From Octopus vulgaris (Eukaryota): a stretch of DNA of 64,000 nucleotides. The notes beneath the pieces are model-generated. The model saw nothing but the letters and a program-made list of their open reading frames with translations. It searched no databases and had not been told where the DNA came from. Both the position numbers and the translations under genes were made by a program. Positions 63,809 through 64,000 of this stretch are shown piece by piece; the first letter of the stretch is position 1; each line of letters begins with the position of its first letter. The stretch is from NCBI GenBank assembly GCA_951406725.2, contig OX597831.1, positions 19,716,001 through 19,780,000 on the forward strand. Direction: 5' to 3'.

Positions 63809-64000
63809 TACATATATACATATATATATATATACACATACACACACACATATATATACATATAAAAATTTTAACTCGTGTATATATATATACTTGTGTT
63901 TGTACCAGCTAATATTGCCCACGTAATGTAGCGATTCAGCGTAAGAAATCGATAAAATAAGTGCACACCCTAAAAACATCCCTCTGAGAACGCTTTGATG

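Overview
AT-rich, microsatellite-dense eukaryotic intergenic or intronic DNA. The SINE repertoire and (TA)n density suggest an octopus/coleoid cephalopod (inference). I could not support any host gene. The window is a mosaic of mobile DNA: a 5'-truncated but uninterrupted HERO-type (RT + restriction-like endonuclease) non-LTR ORF; a CR1-group LINE; at least five Penelope-like element (PLE; RT + GIY-YIG) remnants; mariner/pogo copies and MITEs; Helitron pieces; many tRNA-derived SINEs; and a 7.4 kb array of a 36-bp minisatellite. The main signal the ORF track does not explain is about 13 type-I hammerhead ribozyme motifs, read by eye. They occur in three architectures: (i) downstream of PLE ORFs, (ii) ORF-less palindromic mini-elements with two outward-facing hammerheads inserted in or next to (TA)n, and (iii) an ORF-less 1.4-mer direct repeat of a 468-nt hammerhead-bearing unit (retrozyme/circRNA-like). 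Other (TA)n-embedded modules carry non-hammerhead folds in the same kind of slot and are candidate new RNA motifs. All RNA structures were paired manually and none was computed or tested.
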